Assembly: GCA_030390025.1 (NCBI GenBank)
Contig: CM059432.1
Coordinates: forward strand, 40,674,001-40,738,000
Direction of reading: 5' to 3'
From: Squalus acanthias
Taxonomy: Eukaryota
DNA: 64,000 nucleotides
Position 1 is the stretch's first letter; the number at the start of each line of letters is the position of its first letter. This document shows positions 13,298-27,125 of the stretch, in pieces. A program made the position numbers and the translations under genes. The notes under the pieces were generated by a model that saw only the letters and a program-made list of their open reading frames with translations, ran no database searches and was not told the DNA's origin.

Positions 13298-13429
13298 CTG
13301 AATGTACTTCGCAAGGTACGAGCCACCAATGAAGCTTAGCAACGGGGAAGCCAGCAAAGCAGAATTTCTGAACTGCATAAAATATCCCAGCGCAAGGCAC
13401 ACCAAATACATTCTGTAAACATCAGTCAC
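13298..13429 (-). CDS. DPY19L4: DPY19L4 exon: VTDVYRMYLVCLALGYFMQFRNSALLASPLLSFIGGSYLAKYIQ
   Basis: ttttgcag|GTG...CAG|gtagt; 132 nt; contained in track ORF 13244..13468. Confidence 0.93.
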
Positions 13430-14705
13430 CTGCAAAAGAAAACCAAGGACAATCCTTAACCATTTCACAACTGCAACAGCACCCCTACACCAAAATAAAA
13501 AAGTGTAAACAAAAGCTACTCACACAGAATACTGAAATTTAAATGACTTATTATTGGGTTCAGTACATTTCTTTATTCATATTCAGATGGATGGCTAAAG
13601 TAATTATTGTGCACTGCATTGGTATAAAAAATGTTTTAAAGCATGTATTTTGCTATCCGCCACCCTCTTTGTAAAGATAGTTAGTGAGGATCACAAAGAC
13701 AGCCTTATGAATATGGTTTGTTGTATTTGAAAGATTTAGACTTGCAAACAAATATGGAAAACTATTCCTTCAAAGACTTGCAGTAATGATCCAGACCGAT
13801 TGCTTAGAAATCATGAAGCCCATCATCTTAGCCTTTTGTTTCATAGTGTAAAATGAAACTAAAACTATTCATCAATCGTGCAATCATATCCATTGCACTA
13901 TTACAAATAAAATAGAACCCCAATTATATGCTCCAGGCTACTGCCGCTTCCCAGGAAAGCAGTTACTGAATTTATTCTCTCTTGTGTTGGTGTTGTATTT
14001 ACCCAACCAGCCAGCACAAAACAACCATAAACAATTAGTCACTTATGCTATCTTTTAAAACTCAGAGCACACAACTGCACAAAGGCAAGCATGCACTGTA
14101 TTTTATGCCCCTTGTTATGTGCCTGTGATGCACAACAACTCAAGAGTCTCAGAGGAAACCAGAGGGCCTGGTACAGGCAGGCCATTTCACACCGTGATAC
14201 AAGCATTAAACCTACTTGCTAGCAAAAGCCTACCAGTTGCAAGGGGTCAGATACACACCACGAAGTAAGGGCAGTTTTAACACAAGTGACATGCTTTAGA
14301 TTCTGAAGCAGTGTTAGTACCAATCATTATGCTAGATCGAGCAATAATGACACCCGAGTCAGTGGGATGGATCTCCAAGTCAGTGTGTACAGTCAGATTC
14401 AACTACTCTCTACTACCAATTTCTACATCAACTATAGAATATAGTAATAGAAAATCATAGTGCAAACATGGTCATCACTAAACACATTCCACAAACTCAA
14501 GATACTCCTTCAATACACTTATAACAATTTGTAATGGCTTAACCTTGCCCCCTCCACCACTACTAAAATACAACTAACATGGTCAAAATGTTGTGGTCAG
14601 CTCCAATTAACTTCTCTGTACCTTCCTCCCTTTGGTATTTGTCCACACTTCCTTCCCCCCCCCCGCCCCCCCGCAACGAGAATTTATATTCTATTTTTCA
14701 CATAC

Positions 14706-14840
14706 CTTACGGCTTTGAATTAGATCCAGGCAATCCAACAGGAAAAGACTGAAGGCTTGTACAAATAATACATAGTGACTAATCTCCCACATCATTAGAA
14801 AGGCAAACGTAGATGCACACATTAGGAGATATGAAAACAT
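14706..14840 (-). CDS. DPY19L4: DPY19L4 exon: [45 protein letters not shown]
   Basis: ccctag|ATG...AAG|gtatg; 135 nt. Confidence 0.94.
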
Positions 14841-14929
14841 CTAGGGCAGGAGGAAACACCAACATTAGTTTTTGTTAGCCAAGATCCTATATGCAGATCT
14901 CAAATTAAGATCTATATTATTATACAACT

Positions 14930-15975
14930 TACATTTATCTAACATCTTGCATTGGAAAGATACTATACAAACTTTATAGTGTGGAGAAGAAAAAAAAACA
15001 GACATCAAGTGCGAGGGAAGTACAAGTAGATAGAACTAGGGAATGGAGCTGAAATTTTGAGAGAAATCTTTTGAAAGCAAGAATGGAGGTGGTAAAATGG
15101 AAGGGATTTAGGAGGAGAGTTCCAGAGGGGAAGGACAGGATAGTGTTCGAGAAATTGAGCCATAATGGCATGGATTAGCATCTCAGCAGCAGGAGTGGCA
15201 GAGGTGGAGCAGAGATGGGCAGTATTTTGAAGATGGGAAAGGGTACTTGGTCAGCGAAAGGAGTGGGGGGATGCGCAAGAAGTCAGAGTTGGAGGAACAC
15301 AGGGTTCTCGGAGAGCTGTAGGAGGTGACAGAGATAGGGAGTGGCGAGGCCATGGAAGGATTTGAACATGAGGATGAGAAATTTCAATTTGAGGAGTTGG
15401 TGGACCGAGAGACAATGCAGGTCAGCGAGCACAGGGGTGATGGGTGAGCAGGACTTGGTATGGGTTAGGATATGGGCAACAGAGTTTTGGATGAGCTCAT
15501 GTTTATGGAGAGTAGAAGATAGGAGGCCAGCCAGGAGAGCATTGGGATAATTGAGTCTGGAGGTAACAAAAGCATGGACGAAAGTTTCAGCAGCAGATGG
15601 GCTGAGGCAGGGCGGAGACAGGCAAAACTGTGGACGTGGAAGTAGGCAGTCTTGGTGATGCAGAGGATATGGAATCAGAAACTCAGCTCAGGGTCAAATA
15701 GAATGCAGAGGTTACAAACAGTCTGGTTCAACCTGAGACAGGGCCAGGGAGGTGGTTTGAATCGGTGACAAGGGTACAGAGTTTTTTTGTTTTTTTTGCA
15801 GCGGGGGCCAAAATAATGGCTTCGGTCTCCCCAATATTTAACTGGAGGAAATTGTGGCCCATCCAGGACTAGATGTCGGACAAGCAGACTGATAACGCAG
15901 AGGTAGTGAAGGGTTCGAGAGAGGTGGTGGTGAGGTAGAGCTGGGTCTTGAGAGTCAAAGGACAGCATGTAGTTG
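14930..15975 (-). mobile_element. L2 LINE fragments
   Basis: Homologous to 31563-32553 and to the 3' part of the L2 at 62700-63590 (..NLCILFDPELSF). Confidence 0.8.
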
Positions 15976-16169
15976 ACAAATAGGAGAGGATAAAATCTGT
16001 CCTTTCCTGGCTGTAAGGGTCCTATGAAATGAGTTTGGGTAGTCTCAACAAATAACCCACATCAAAAATGCCCAATAGTTGGCAACCTCTCTAAATATGC
16101 AGGAGAATGACTTGTGGGAAAATGAAAAAAAAAAATTACACTCATGCAATAATTCACACTAATTTTATG

Positions 16170-16686
16170 AAACCTCCCATCTTCCACCCTACATAAACTT
16201 GAGCTCAACCAAAACTCTACTGCCCGTATCCTAACTCGCATCAAGTCCCGTTCACCTATCACCCCTGTGCTCGCTGACCTACATTGGCTTCAGGTCCAAC
16301 AATGTCTCAATTTTAAAATTCTCACCCTTGTCTTCAAATCCCTCCACGGCCTCGCCCCTCCCCAACTCTGTCACCTCCTCCAGTCCGATAACACTCAGGT
16401 GTCTGCGCTCCTACAATTCTGGTCTCTTGCGCATCCCCGATTAAATCACTCCACCATTGGCAGTCGGGCCTTCAGCTGCCTAGGCCCAAAGCTCTGGAAT
16501 TCCCTCCCTAAACCTCTCTACCTCTTTAAAACCTTCCTCTTTGACCAAGCTTTTGGTCATCTATCCTAATATCTCCTTACGAAGCTCTCTGTCAAATTTT
16601 GTTTGCTAACGCTCCCGTGAAGCGCCTTGGAACATTTTACTACATTAAAGGTGCGATATAAATGCAAGTTGTTGTTGTTGTTGTTG
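16170..16686 (+). mobile_element. L2 LINE 3' fragment
   Basis: LADLHWL..FKILTLVFKSLHGLAP..GSRAFSCLGPKLWNSLP; tail gcgatataaatgcaa(GTT)n. Confidence 0.9.
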
Positions 16687-16992
16687 AAGCTGGGACAGAG
16701 TTGAGGGAGTTCACTCTTTATTTGGTATGCTTCTCAAATCTAGTATGAGGTACAATTGCATGTGAAAAGCCATCCTAGTTTGAAATGAACACCAAAAAAT
16801 ATTTGCATCGGCACATTTTTCCTAAGAATCTGGGTAGCCATTTCAAAAATGGCCAGGAACACAACAGCAGTGCAAATGCTTTACAATTTCCTTTACTGGG
16901 TGTAGGGGAAATGAAAGAGAAGATAGGTATTGTTTCTATACGCATAATAAATAATTTGGTCATCTGTTCCTAATTGCCCTATTCTGTCCGCA

Positions 16993-17155
16993 CTAGCATT
17001 TAAGGGGAAGCTAGATAAGTACATGAGGGAGAAAGGAATAGAAAGATATATTGATAGGGTGAGATGAAGTAAGGTGGGAGCAGGCTCATGTGGAGCATAA
17101 ACACCAGCAAAGACCTGTTGGGCCGAATGGCATGTTTCTGTGCTGTAAAATTCTG
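16993..17155 (+). mobile_element. Short CR1 3' end
   Basis: gcatttaaggggaagctagataag...gggccgaatggc..tttctgtgctgta, as in 22688-24058. Confidence 0.8.
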
Positions 17156-17364
17156 TGTGTGTAGTAGCCATCATCATAGTTATGGATACCTTCAGGAAAG
17201 CCAGCTTTATGTGGCAGCCGGCAGGTACTACAAACACCACCTAAGTCAAAGGCAGGAGCTTTATAGGCAGCAAGAAATTTCAGGTTTTCCACTCAGAAAT
17301 TAAGCATCACACAAAAAATCTAATCTAAGTTTGGATTACTGTGGTTCACCACTTCTTCACTCAC

Positions 17365-17488
17365 CCCCATAGTAGAATTAATGTTGGTCTTCAGATAGCC
17401 TGTGAGTGCCCCAACCTGTAATGCAAAATATGGTAATGCCCAATTTTCCCTTAAAGGAATGGTATGTTCCACTCTGGTTGTATCAGTC
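17365..17488 (-). CDS. DPY19L4: DPY19L4 exon: (R)[41 protein letters not shown]
   Basis: ttttag|G...GGG|gtgagt; 124 nt; PLRENW motif typical of the DPY19 family. Confidence 0.96.
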
Positions 17489-17631
17489 CTAAAATAGATA
17501 ATGAAATCAGAAGTACATTAGAAAAGGCACATGCAATTCTGAAGGCTAACTGTAGATGGCAGGCTTGCTCAGAGGTAGTCTGAGTCAGAAGGTTGTGGGT
17601 TCAAGTTCCACTCCAGAAACTGAAACGCATA

Positions 17632-18264
17632 GGCCCGGATATTCCGATCCCGACAGGTGGGTACGCGCTGTGTACCCACCCGTAGGGACATCGAAATGCC
17701 AGTTTCAGGCATGCACAGCGCATGCGCTGAAAACCGGCATTTCCGATCTGTCAAGAATGCTCTTGACAGATCAGACGCCTGCCCTGGAGAAGGGCCTCTG
17801 CGGGCGGATAGTTCCGCTTTCTGGAGCCCCTCCGCCCGCAAAAAAACTTTAGAATTCTTACGCCTCGTAAGGCCTGCTTTTACCAGGATAAGAGTTGAAA
17901 AAAGTTTTTTAAAATATTTAATTTAATGTAATTTCAACTAATTTTAAAAATGTGATTTTTTAAAAATTTATTTAATGTTTTGAAGTGTTTTTGGGGTGAT
18001 CTCCATTCATATATTTGACAGGTTTATCTGTCAAAAGTATGAAGGGAGATTCCCTTCTTTGATTGGCTCCTCATGGCCCACGTGATCCCAGGGATGCTTG
18101 CGAACCACATGCGCCTCTGGGATACGTAGGCCCTGCGCACTTGGAGTTGGAGAGGCCCAGCATCGGAACTATACGCACCTCGGGAGCCCTCAGGTAAGTG
18201 CGTAGATTTTTTCCAGATCGGAGGCTTCCGCACGCGGGAAGCCTCCGATCGGAAAATACGACCC
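17632..18264. mobile_element. CpG-rich MITE-like non-autonomous DNA transposon
   Basis: Imperfect TIRs GGCCCGGATATTCCGATC / GATCGGAAAATACGACCC; homologous to 33936-34696; interrupts a SINE. Confidence 0.75.
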
Positions 18265-18390
18265 ATTATCTAGGCAGACAGTGCAGTACTGAGGGAGTGT
18301 TGGATGAGAGGTTAAACCAAACGGATGTAAAAGATCCCATGGCACCATTCGTAGTAAAACAGGGTAGTTCTCAGAATGTTGTGGCCAATA

Positions 18391-20118
18391 CATAGAAACA
18401 TAGAAGATAGGAGCAGGAGTAGGCCATTCGGCCCTTCAAGTCTGCTCCGCCATTCAATGAGATCATTCAGTACCCTCGCCCTGCTTTCTCCCCATATCCC
18501 TTGATCCCTTTAGCCTTAAGAAATATATTTAACTCCTTCTTGAATATATTTAATGATTTGGCCTCAACTGTCTTCTGTGGTAGAGAATTCCACAGGTTCA
18601 CCACTCTCTGGGTGAAGAAATTCCTCCTCATCTCAGTCCTAAATGGCTTACCCCTTATCCTTAGACTGTGACCCCTGGTTCTGGACTCACCTGCCATCGG
18701 GACCATCCTTCCTGCATCTAGTCTGTCTAGTCCTGTTAGAATTTTATAAGTTTCAATGAGATCCCCTCTCATTCTTCTAAACTCTAGCGAGTATAAGCCT
18801 AATCGACCCAATCTCTCTTCATACGTCATCCCTGTCATCCCAGGTGTCAGTCTGGTGAATCTTCGCTGCACTCCCTCCATGGCAAGAACATCCTTCCTCA
18901 GATAAGGCGACCAAAACTGCACACAATACTCAAGGTGTGGTCTCACCAAGGCCCTGTACAACTGCAGCAAGACATCCTTGCTCCTGTACTCGAATCCTCT
19001 CGCTATGAAGACCAACATACCATTTGCTTTCTTAACCGCCTGCTGAACTTGCATGCTTACCTTCAGCGACTGGTGCACAAGGACACCAGGTCTCGTTGCA
19101 CCTCCCCTTTTCCCAATCTATTGCCGTTCAGATAATAATCTGCCTTCCTGTTTTTGACACCAAAGTGGATAACCTCACATTTATCCACATTATACTGCAT
19201 CTGCCATGCATTTGCCCACTCACCCAACCTGTCCAAATCATACTGGAGTTTCTCTGCATCCTCCTCACAGCACACTCGCCCACCCAGCTTTGTGTTGTCT
19301 GCACACTTGGAGAGATTACATCTAGTTCCCTCATCTAGATCATTAATATATATTGTGAATAACTGGGGTCCTAGCACCGATCCCTGCGGTACCCCACTAG
19401 CCACTGCCTGCCACTCGGAAAAAGACCCGTTTATTCCAACTCTTTGCTTCCTGTCTGCCAACCAGTTCTCTATCCAAGTCAGTACCTTACCCCCAATCCC
19501 ATGTGCTTTAACTTTGCATGCTAATCTCTTATGTGGGACCTTGTCGAAAGCCTTCTGAAAGTCCAAATACACCAGATCCACTGGTTCTCCCTTATCAATT
19601 CTATCAGTTACATCCTCAAAAAATTCCAGTAGATTTATCAAGCACGATTTACCTTTTGTAAATCCATGTTGACTTTGTCCGATCCTGTCACTGTTTTCCA
19701 AGTGCTCTGCTATTACATCTTTTATAATGGACTCTAGCATTTTCCCCACTACCGATGTCAGGCTAACCGGTCTATAATTCCCCGTTTTCTCTCTGCCACC
19801 TTTTTTAAATAGTGGGGTTACATCAGCTACCCTCCAATCCATGGGAACTGTTCCAGAGTCTATAGAATTTTGGAAGATGACCAGCAATGCATCTACTATT
19901 TCTAAGGCCACTTCCTTAAGTACCCTAGGATGTAGATTATCAGGCCCTGGGGATTTATCGGCCTTCAATCCCGTCAATTTCCCTAACACCATTTCCCTAC
20001 AAATACTGATTTCATTCAGTTCCTCCCTCTCATTAGACCCTATGTTCCCGACCTCTCTGGGAGGTTATTTGTGTCCTCCTTTGTGAAGACAGAACCAAAG
20101 TATGTATTTAATTGGTCT
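18391..20118 (-). mobile_element. CR1 LINE, 5'-truncated, RT region (one frameshift near 19070)
   Basis: ORFs 19063..19992 (NYRPVSLTS, YLDFQKAFDKVPH, GVPQGSVLGP) and 18467..19078; TSD AATA. Confidence 0.95.
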
Positions 20119-20704
20119 AATATTTATCCCTCAACCAACATCACGAAAAATAATTTATCTGTCATGTATCTCAAGTACGCTACATTACAACAGTGACTAC
20201 ACTTCAAAAGTACTTCAATGGCTGTAAAGCACGTTGGGACATCCTGAGGTCATGAAAGGTGCTATATGAATGTTTTTAATTAAAAGGAAAGGACTTGCAA
20301 TGAAATAGTCATCACAAAGCAACATCTATAATGACAATGTCTACACTAAGCTTGATTGGCTAATGCATGTTAAAGTAGGTTAAAAAAACTTCAGGAAGTA
20401 TTAAAATAATGAATTCCTGTACCATCTATATTATAGAAGAAACCTTCTTGAAAAAGCTGTTCTGTCATGACTACTAATATCATGTAATATTTACTTTAGA
20501 TTGGCATCTCATAGGAATTTAATTCCACAATATTCATATACACAGACAAATTAAGAAATCAACTTTTTAAAGGGCAGTTGGTGGAGCACATTCACATTAC
20601 AATACGTCATCCTAGAGTGGTAGAACAAGTGAGCATTTATGATTCCATTTACTGAATTTTCAATCTCGATTCCACCATCCTGTGAATACGCCAAATGAAA
20701 GAAA

Positions 20705-21072
20705 GATAGAACTTGCATTTGTATCACACATTTCACACCCCCAGGATATCGTACAGTGCTTCACAGCCAATAAATTACTTTTGAAACGTAGTCACTGTTG
20801 TAATGTGGGGAAATGCAGCAGTCAATTTGCGCACAGCAACTTCTCACAAACAGCAATGAGATAAATGATCAGAAAATGTGTGTTTTTTTTTTAAAGTGTT
20901 GTTGGTAGACGGATATATGTTGGTCAGGCCACCGGGAAAATTCACCTGCTCTTCTACAGATAGTGCCATGGGATCCTTTATGTCCACCCAAGATGGCAGA
21001 TGGGGCATTGATTTAACATCTCATCTGAAAGATGGCACTCTCAAAAGTGCAACACTCCCTCACTACTGCGCT
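20705..21072 (-). mobile_element. SacSINE1/Deu-SINE-like element
   Basis: Reverse complement has gcagtagtgagggagtgttgcact..gccatctttcagatgagatgttaaa and the L2-type tail. Confidence 0.78.
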
Positions 21073-21165
21073 GATCGTATAACATTCATATGCCACATGT
21101 GAAGGACGACCTACAAAACACATTCATCTCTGTGGTACTGATAAGTCAATCATCCCTCCAAGAGG

Positions 21166-21585
21166 GGATACGGTAGCATAGTGGTTGTGTTACTGGACTA
21201 GTAATCCAGAGGCCTGGACTAATGATCCAGAGTTCAAATCCTAACACGGCAGCTGAGAAACTTAAATTCAAAGTAATTAAATAAATCTGGAACTTAGAAA
21301 AAAAAGCTAGCATCAGTAATGGTGACCATGAAACTACCAGATTGTCATAAAAACCCATCTGGTTCACTAATGTCCTTTAGAGAAGAAAATCTGCTGTCCT
21401 TACCCGGTCCGTCTTATACGTGACTCCAGACCCACAGCAATGTGGTTGACTCTTAACTGCCCTCTGAGATGGCCTAGCAAGCCACTCAGTTGTATTCAAG
21501 GCGGCGGCTCACCACCACCTTCGAGGGAAATTAAGGATGGGCAATAAATGCTGGCCTTGCCAGCGACGTCCACAGCTAATGAATA
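21166..21585 (+). mobile_element. Uninterrupted tRNA-derived SINE with tail shared with LINE 42083-44557
   Basis: A box TAGCATAGTGG, B box GTTCAAATC; 3' ttcaaggcggcggctcaccaccacct..gatgggcaataaatgctggccttgccagcgacgtccaca. Confidence 0.87.
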
Positions 21586-22229
21586 ACTTTATTCTTATTT
21601 AAAGAGGCAAATGAAAAGGATATTCACATGTCAGTTAGTGTTGATTGAAACCCACATTTCCAAGGGGCACACCCTTGCTCTCACCCAAGTCAAGGAGGTA
21701 TCCTTCTTACATTACTCAGATACAAACCCCTAAAGTTGACCAAGTAACGTGACACCTTTAACATCTCACTGAAAGTCAGTGGTCTGGAATATCCAATAAA
21801 GTTAGTACAAAGCCCAGGGGAGACTTCACGCTCCTAATAGCTATCCAGTGAATCCTCCAAGATAAAATGGACACGAGACGAGGACAAGAATGGGCTCCTG
21901 TGATGCCCTCCTCTCCTAGAATAACCTGCCAGCATTGAATATATTGTCTCACACATGAAGACTGCATGAGGGACTGGAGGGCTACTGGTGCCTATGGAAC
22001 TGTATCCCAGCAAGGTTCAGTGTCTTCAGAAAAGGAGAAAAAAAATAGAAAAGTACAATAAAAAAATACCAATCATCATTCACTCTAACAAACTGTGTGG
22101 ATACATTCTACTACAGTGGAGTCATGATGCCTGTACACAGAAACAAAGGCCGATTTTCAGCTTGAAGTGGTGTACGGATGCACCTCAGACAAGCATAGTA
22201 TTTTATGAAGTTCACTTATTTAAATACAG

Positions 22230-22630
22230 CAACCTTAGAGCAGAGTAGGTTATGGGGATATTTAATAGATGTGTTCAAAATTGTGAAGGATTTTTATAGA
22301 GTAGATAAGGAGAAACTGTTTCCAATGGCAGGAGGATCAGCAACCAGAGGGCACAGATTTAAGAGAAGTGGCAATAGAGGAAGAGAGGGGTGGATTTAGG
22401 AGAATTTTTAATTTTTTTTATATGATGATATGGAATGTACTACCTAAAAATGTGGTGGAAGCAGAATCAACAGTAACTTTCAAACGGGAATTGGATCTAT
22501 TCTTGAAAAGGAGACATTTAGAGGGCAATGGGGAAAGAGCAGAGGAGCGTGACTAATTAGATAGATCTTCAATGAGTCGACACAGACACGATGGACCGAA
22601 TGGCCCCTTCCTGTGCTGTATGATTCTATG
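22230..22630 (+). mobile_element. Degraded CR1 3' fragment
   Basis: LIDVFKIVKDF..EKLFPMAGGSATRGHRFK; (ATTCTATG) tail. Confidence 0.8.
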
Positions 22631-22687
22631 AAATACAGTACTGTATTACTGAGTGATCCCAGTACAGATTGGGCCATGCACTTGGAG

Positions 22688-24058
22688 CGTTGGCAGGATA
22701 TCACACAGAATGGTAGGAAAAATAATGGAATCCCTACTAAAGGAGAAAATAGAAGAACATCTAGAAGCCAAAAATATAATAACGAATAGTCAACATGGAT
22801 TTCAAAGGGGAAAGTCTTGCTTGACCAACCTCATTGAAGTTTTTGAAGAGGTAACAGAGAGAATAGACAAGGGTAATGCAGTAGATGTAATTTATCTGGA
22901 TTTTCAAAAGGCATTCGATAAGGTACCACATAATAGACTAATGAATAAGGTCAGAGAATGCGGAGTCAGGGGACAAGTAGCAGAATGGATAGCTAGCTGA
23001 CTTCAAGACAGAATGCAGAGAATAGGGGTAAAGGATAGCTATTCACAGTGGCAGAAGGTGGGTAGTGGTATTCCACAAGGATCAGTGCTGGGACCACTGT
23101 TGTTCACAATTTATACTAAAAATTTAGATTTTGGAATCAAAAACACAATTTCTAAATTTGCAGATGACACCAAACTCGGGGGGATAGTCAATACCGAGGA
23201 GGACATTAATAAACTTGCAGGATGGGCATATAATTGGCAAATGAATATCAACACAGATAAATGTGAGGTATTACATTTTGGTAGGAAGAATAGGGAGGTC
23301 ACTTGTTACTTGGAGGGTGCGAGTCTGGGTGGGGTAGAGGAGCAAAGGGATCTCGGAGTACAAATACACAAATCGCTAAAAGTAGCAACACAGGTTAACA
23401 AGGCCATAAAAAAGGCAAACCAAGCACTAGAGTTTATTTCTAGAGGGATAGAATTGAAAAATAGTGAAGTTATGCTAAACTTGTATTGAACCTTGGTTAG
23501 ACCACACTGGAGTACTGCATACAATTCTGGTCGCCATATTATAAAAAGGATATAAAAGGCACTAGAGAGGGTGCAGAGAAGATTTACAAGGATGATACCA
23601 GAAATGTGAGGGTATACATATCAGGAAATGATGAACAGGCTGGGTCTCTTATCTCTTGAAAAGAGAAGGCTGAGGTGTGACCTAATAGAGGTCTTTAAAA
23701 TTATGAAAGGTTTTGATAGAGTAGATACAGAGAGGGTGTTTCCACTTGTGGGGAAGAACATAACTAGAGGCCATCAATATAAGCTAGCCACTAAGAATTC
23801 AAATATGGAATTCAGAAGAAACTTCTTTACCCAGAGGGTGGTGAGAATGTGGAACTCGCCACCACAGGGAGTGGTTGAAGCGAATAGTATAGAAGCATTT
23901 AAGGGGAGGCTAGATAAGCATATGAGGGAGAAGGGAACAGAGGATTATGCTGGCAGTGTTAGATGAGGAAAGATGGGAGGAGGCTCGAGTGGAGCATAAA
24001 CACCAGCATGGACTGGTTGGGCCGAATGGCCTGTTTCTGTGCTGTATATCCTATGTAT
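22688..24058 (+). mobile_element. CR1 LINE, 5'-truncated
   Basis: ORFs 22653..23000, 23013..23489 and 23628..23966 with RT motifs; same subfamily as 47340-49240. Confidence 0.93.
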
Positions 24059-25430
24059 GTCAGAAGCAGATTTAATGAGCTGCTGCTATACCTTAAAAGG
24101 ACAGCAATAACTCCAAGCAATGCAAGTTAGCAGCAAGCAAAATGACAACTTCACTGCAAAGTGATAGTTGAGGGTACTGCCAGAACCCCTTTATCAGGAG
24201 AGCTCTGGATGTGATGCTGAAGGAGGTGCAGTAAAACTGGGCTGTCATTTTTGAATCCAAGAGGCACCCTCCTCAGAAATCTACAATTTGGGCTGCCAAT
24301 GAAGATGCAGTCAAGCAGGTGAATGGCATGTTGCATGTGAGGAAGTCATCATCACAGAAGAGAAAAAAAAATTACCATGCTGTGGAAGTTTGACAAAGGT
24401 ATCCTGAATAGAAACATAGAAGATAGGAGCAGGAGTAGGCCATTCGGCCCCTCTAGCCTGCTCCGCCATTCAATGCGATCATGGCTGATCATCCAAATTC
24501 AGAACCCTGTCCCTGCTTTCTCCCCAATAGAAACATAGAAGAATGTTGCAGCATCTTGAAGAGTACAAAGCCCGTCTCCTGCTGGTCACTTTTCTTCAAG
24601 CAAGTGATAAAGTCACTCACTGCGGTAAATAAGGCATCGGTAATCTGATGCATGGGGTTTTATTTGACAGATACCACCTGTGGCAGCTTCAAAAAAAAAA
24701 AACCAGTTGCATAGAAGTTAAAGCCAGTAGTGATTTTCCCCACCAGGATTGAAATTTGCAGGTCAGACTGTGGAAGATGGCAAGATCCTGAGACTGCTTC
24801 TGTGATGTAGTATTTATATGGGGCATGCCCAAGCAACTCTGACAGGGTCTATAGAAACCTGCTTGGGCAAGAGTGGGTTGGATCAGGGCTGGGCACCTCT
24901 AGTGCAGGAGCACTGGCCTCTGTGCAGTCCTGCAGAACTCATCCTCCAGCTCCCCAAAGGGAAGAGGAATTTTCAGACGAATGTCTATCCTACGAACATA
25001 AAGGTTTTTAATTACTTAATGGTAGAAACCAAAATTAAAGAGCAAAAATTCAGTGCAAAACGGGTAATAAAAAAAACACATGCACAGAATTAAATGCACA
25101 AAAGAAAACAAATAAACAAAAGCACCAGTTCACAGTCACACCCAAAGCAGCTAAGCAGATTAAGAATGACTGTCAATAGCCAGGAAATTAGTTTGCAAAT
25201 GTGCCCATTTGAAACAGGCCTTCAGCAATCACGTCACATTTCAGTAGGAAATGGCAGAGTAGGGAAGTTCTCTCCTAATTAGCACAATTTTTACATCCTT
25301 AATTAGGCCCATGGGTCCCCTATAATGCACTTGCATACAGTTAAAGAACACTCCATGAGGTGGAGTTACATACCTTGATTACAAAGGTGAAACAAAAGAA
25401 AATATGATTTCTGCATTAAGACAGCCTTAC

Positions 25431-25576
25431 CGGTTGATAATGTACCACACTACTGTAAGCATGCCTGCCATCCACGTCCCACTCAGCATCCAGCTTGTGA
25501 CATATAGCGCAGTCACATAAACTGCTTGCAATCCAAATATTATGCCAATGTAAAAATACACTGGCTCAATTGCTTC
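25431..25576 (-). CDS. DPY19L4: DPY19L4 exon: [48 protein letters not shown](R)
   Basis: tttttgtag|GAA...CG|gtaag; 146 nt. Confidence 0.96.
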
Positions 25577-26036
25577 CTACAAAAAAAATGCAAAGAAAAA
25601 AAAGTAAGACTTAATAATACCATTTTTTACAAAGTAAGTTTATAGAGAATGGACAGGAGTATTAAGCAGAGTCTCTAGGACGCTCCCTTTAGATACCATA
25701 GGGGTAATTTCATGATCCTGTTATAGCCCCATCTCTGACCCACGCTCCCTGCAAGCCTGGCTTCCTGCTGGGTGCCAGGCAACTACACATCATATTATTT
25801 CTTTCAAAAAAGGGATTCAAAAAGGCATTTAGTTTACATTAATTAGGAAGTTACGACGAATGGTGTTATTTATGTTACAGTGCAGACACCCACAAATATA
25901 ATACAGCTCTGCTGAAGAAATACTTCAGGATCAGATAATACAATAACTTTTATTAAATATTCATTCAAAATATGTATCTCTCCCAAAAGTCACCTTTCAC
26001 AAAATATTAAATCACATTAAACCAGGCATCTATCAT

Positions 26037-26131
26037 CTGACGAAGGGTCATCGACCTGAAACGTTAACTCTGTTTCTCTCTCCACAGATGCTGCCTGACC
26101 TGCTGAGTATTTCCAGCGTTTTCTGTTTTTA
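26037..26131 (+). mobile_element. Penelope-like pLTR fragment beginning at a hammerhead core
   Basis: CTGACGA-A-GGGTC-ATC-GACCT-GAAAC-GTT; matches the 3' end of the Penelope fragment 51711-52475; flanked by TATCAT at 26031-26036 and 26132-26137. Confidence 0.85.
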
Positions 26132-27125
26132 TATCATTTTCAGGGACTTGGTACTGAAATCCGATATTTCTTTACCTAGTCATTGCAGTGTGTGCTGCGG
26201 TAGAGGTGACTGATACTGCAATAGAACATAGCAAAGTCTCTCCATATCCAACACGTGATGGGTTTAAAGGGTACTCAAGTTAGTGTTTGGAGTTGGAAGC
26301 CTGGTTTTCTGTAGGCTTGGCAAAACAGCTACATTTGCTGCTTTTCCCAGCTGTGATGGCTAATGTCATTTGCCCCAATTTAGAGACAAAACTTGCTGAA
26401 AATCCATGAAGGTGATAGCTCATTTATTCTTTAATTTAAGAAAAACTTAAAAGATATCAGGATGAGGCGAGTCATTTTTCTGATCAGTATTTGAGGACAA
26501 GGTCACCGTTAGATCCTCATCCTGTTCTGAAGAGAAGCACCTTTAAAACAGCCAGGCTCTATCGATTTTCAAGTCAGCAGCTTCACTTAGATCAGCGCTT
26601 TCAGTGGAGGCTGTTGACAGGAACGTTGGAGGTGAGCACGTACAGCCCTTAGCCCTCACCTCTGTAGCTGGGACTGGTGGTTGGCACACGGATGATATTT
26701 TTGCCAGTCTCTTGTGGGTCAAGGAGCTGGAGTCACGGGCAGGTACATAGGAGAGCTGCAAGCCAGCAGATATTACCAACAGGAGTACTGGAGATGAGTG
26801 CTGCCACAGTGGACAGATGTAGGTGAGTAGGGAGAGGCAGAGCAATCAGCAGTGTACAGTAATTTGGGGATTATCCACCAATTTCTATTATCCACGAGGA
26901 CTGTTACCCCATTACGGCAGATTATCAAGGTTCTGTTGTATATAGGGCCCTCAAGAACCTACATTAGCGGTGTTCTTATTGCTACAAAAGAATTACTCTC
27001 CTGACACCATAAAAACATTTATCTGTAGCTCTTTTAATGACTTCATTTTCAGAATAAAAATGTTAAAATAAATTGCATTCAAAGAAAGTGTCTACAGATG
27101 CAGTATACATTGGCGGAGTACGTAC

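Larger units (their letters stand above)
17575..20272 (+). mobile_element. SacSINE1/Deu-SINE-like element in three pieces (17575-17631, 18265-18390, 20119-20272)
   Basis: B box GTTCAAGTT; Deu-like gcagtactgagggagtg..ggatgagaggttaaacc; ggccaata|aatatttatccctcaaccaacatcac; L2-type tail. Confidence 0.78.

Noticed and set aside
19063..19992. 309-aa reverse transcriptase ORF as an active or domesticated RT
   Set aside because: 5'-truncated, frameshifted CR1 copy; the catalytic motif is degenerate (CADN instead of FADD).
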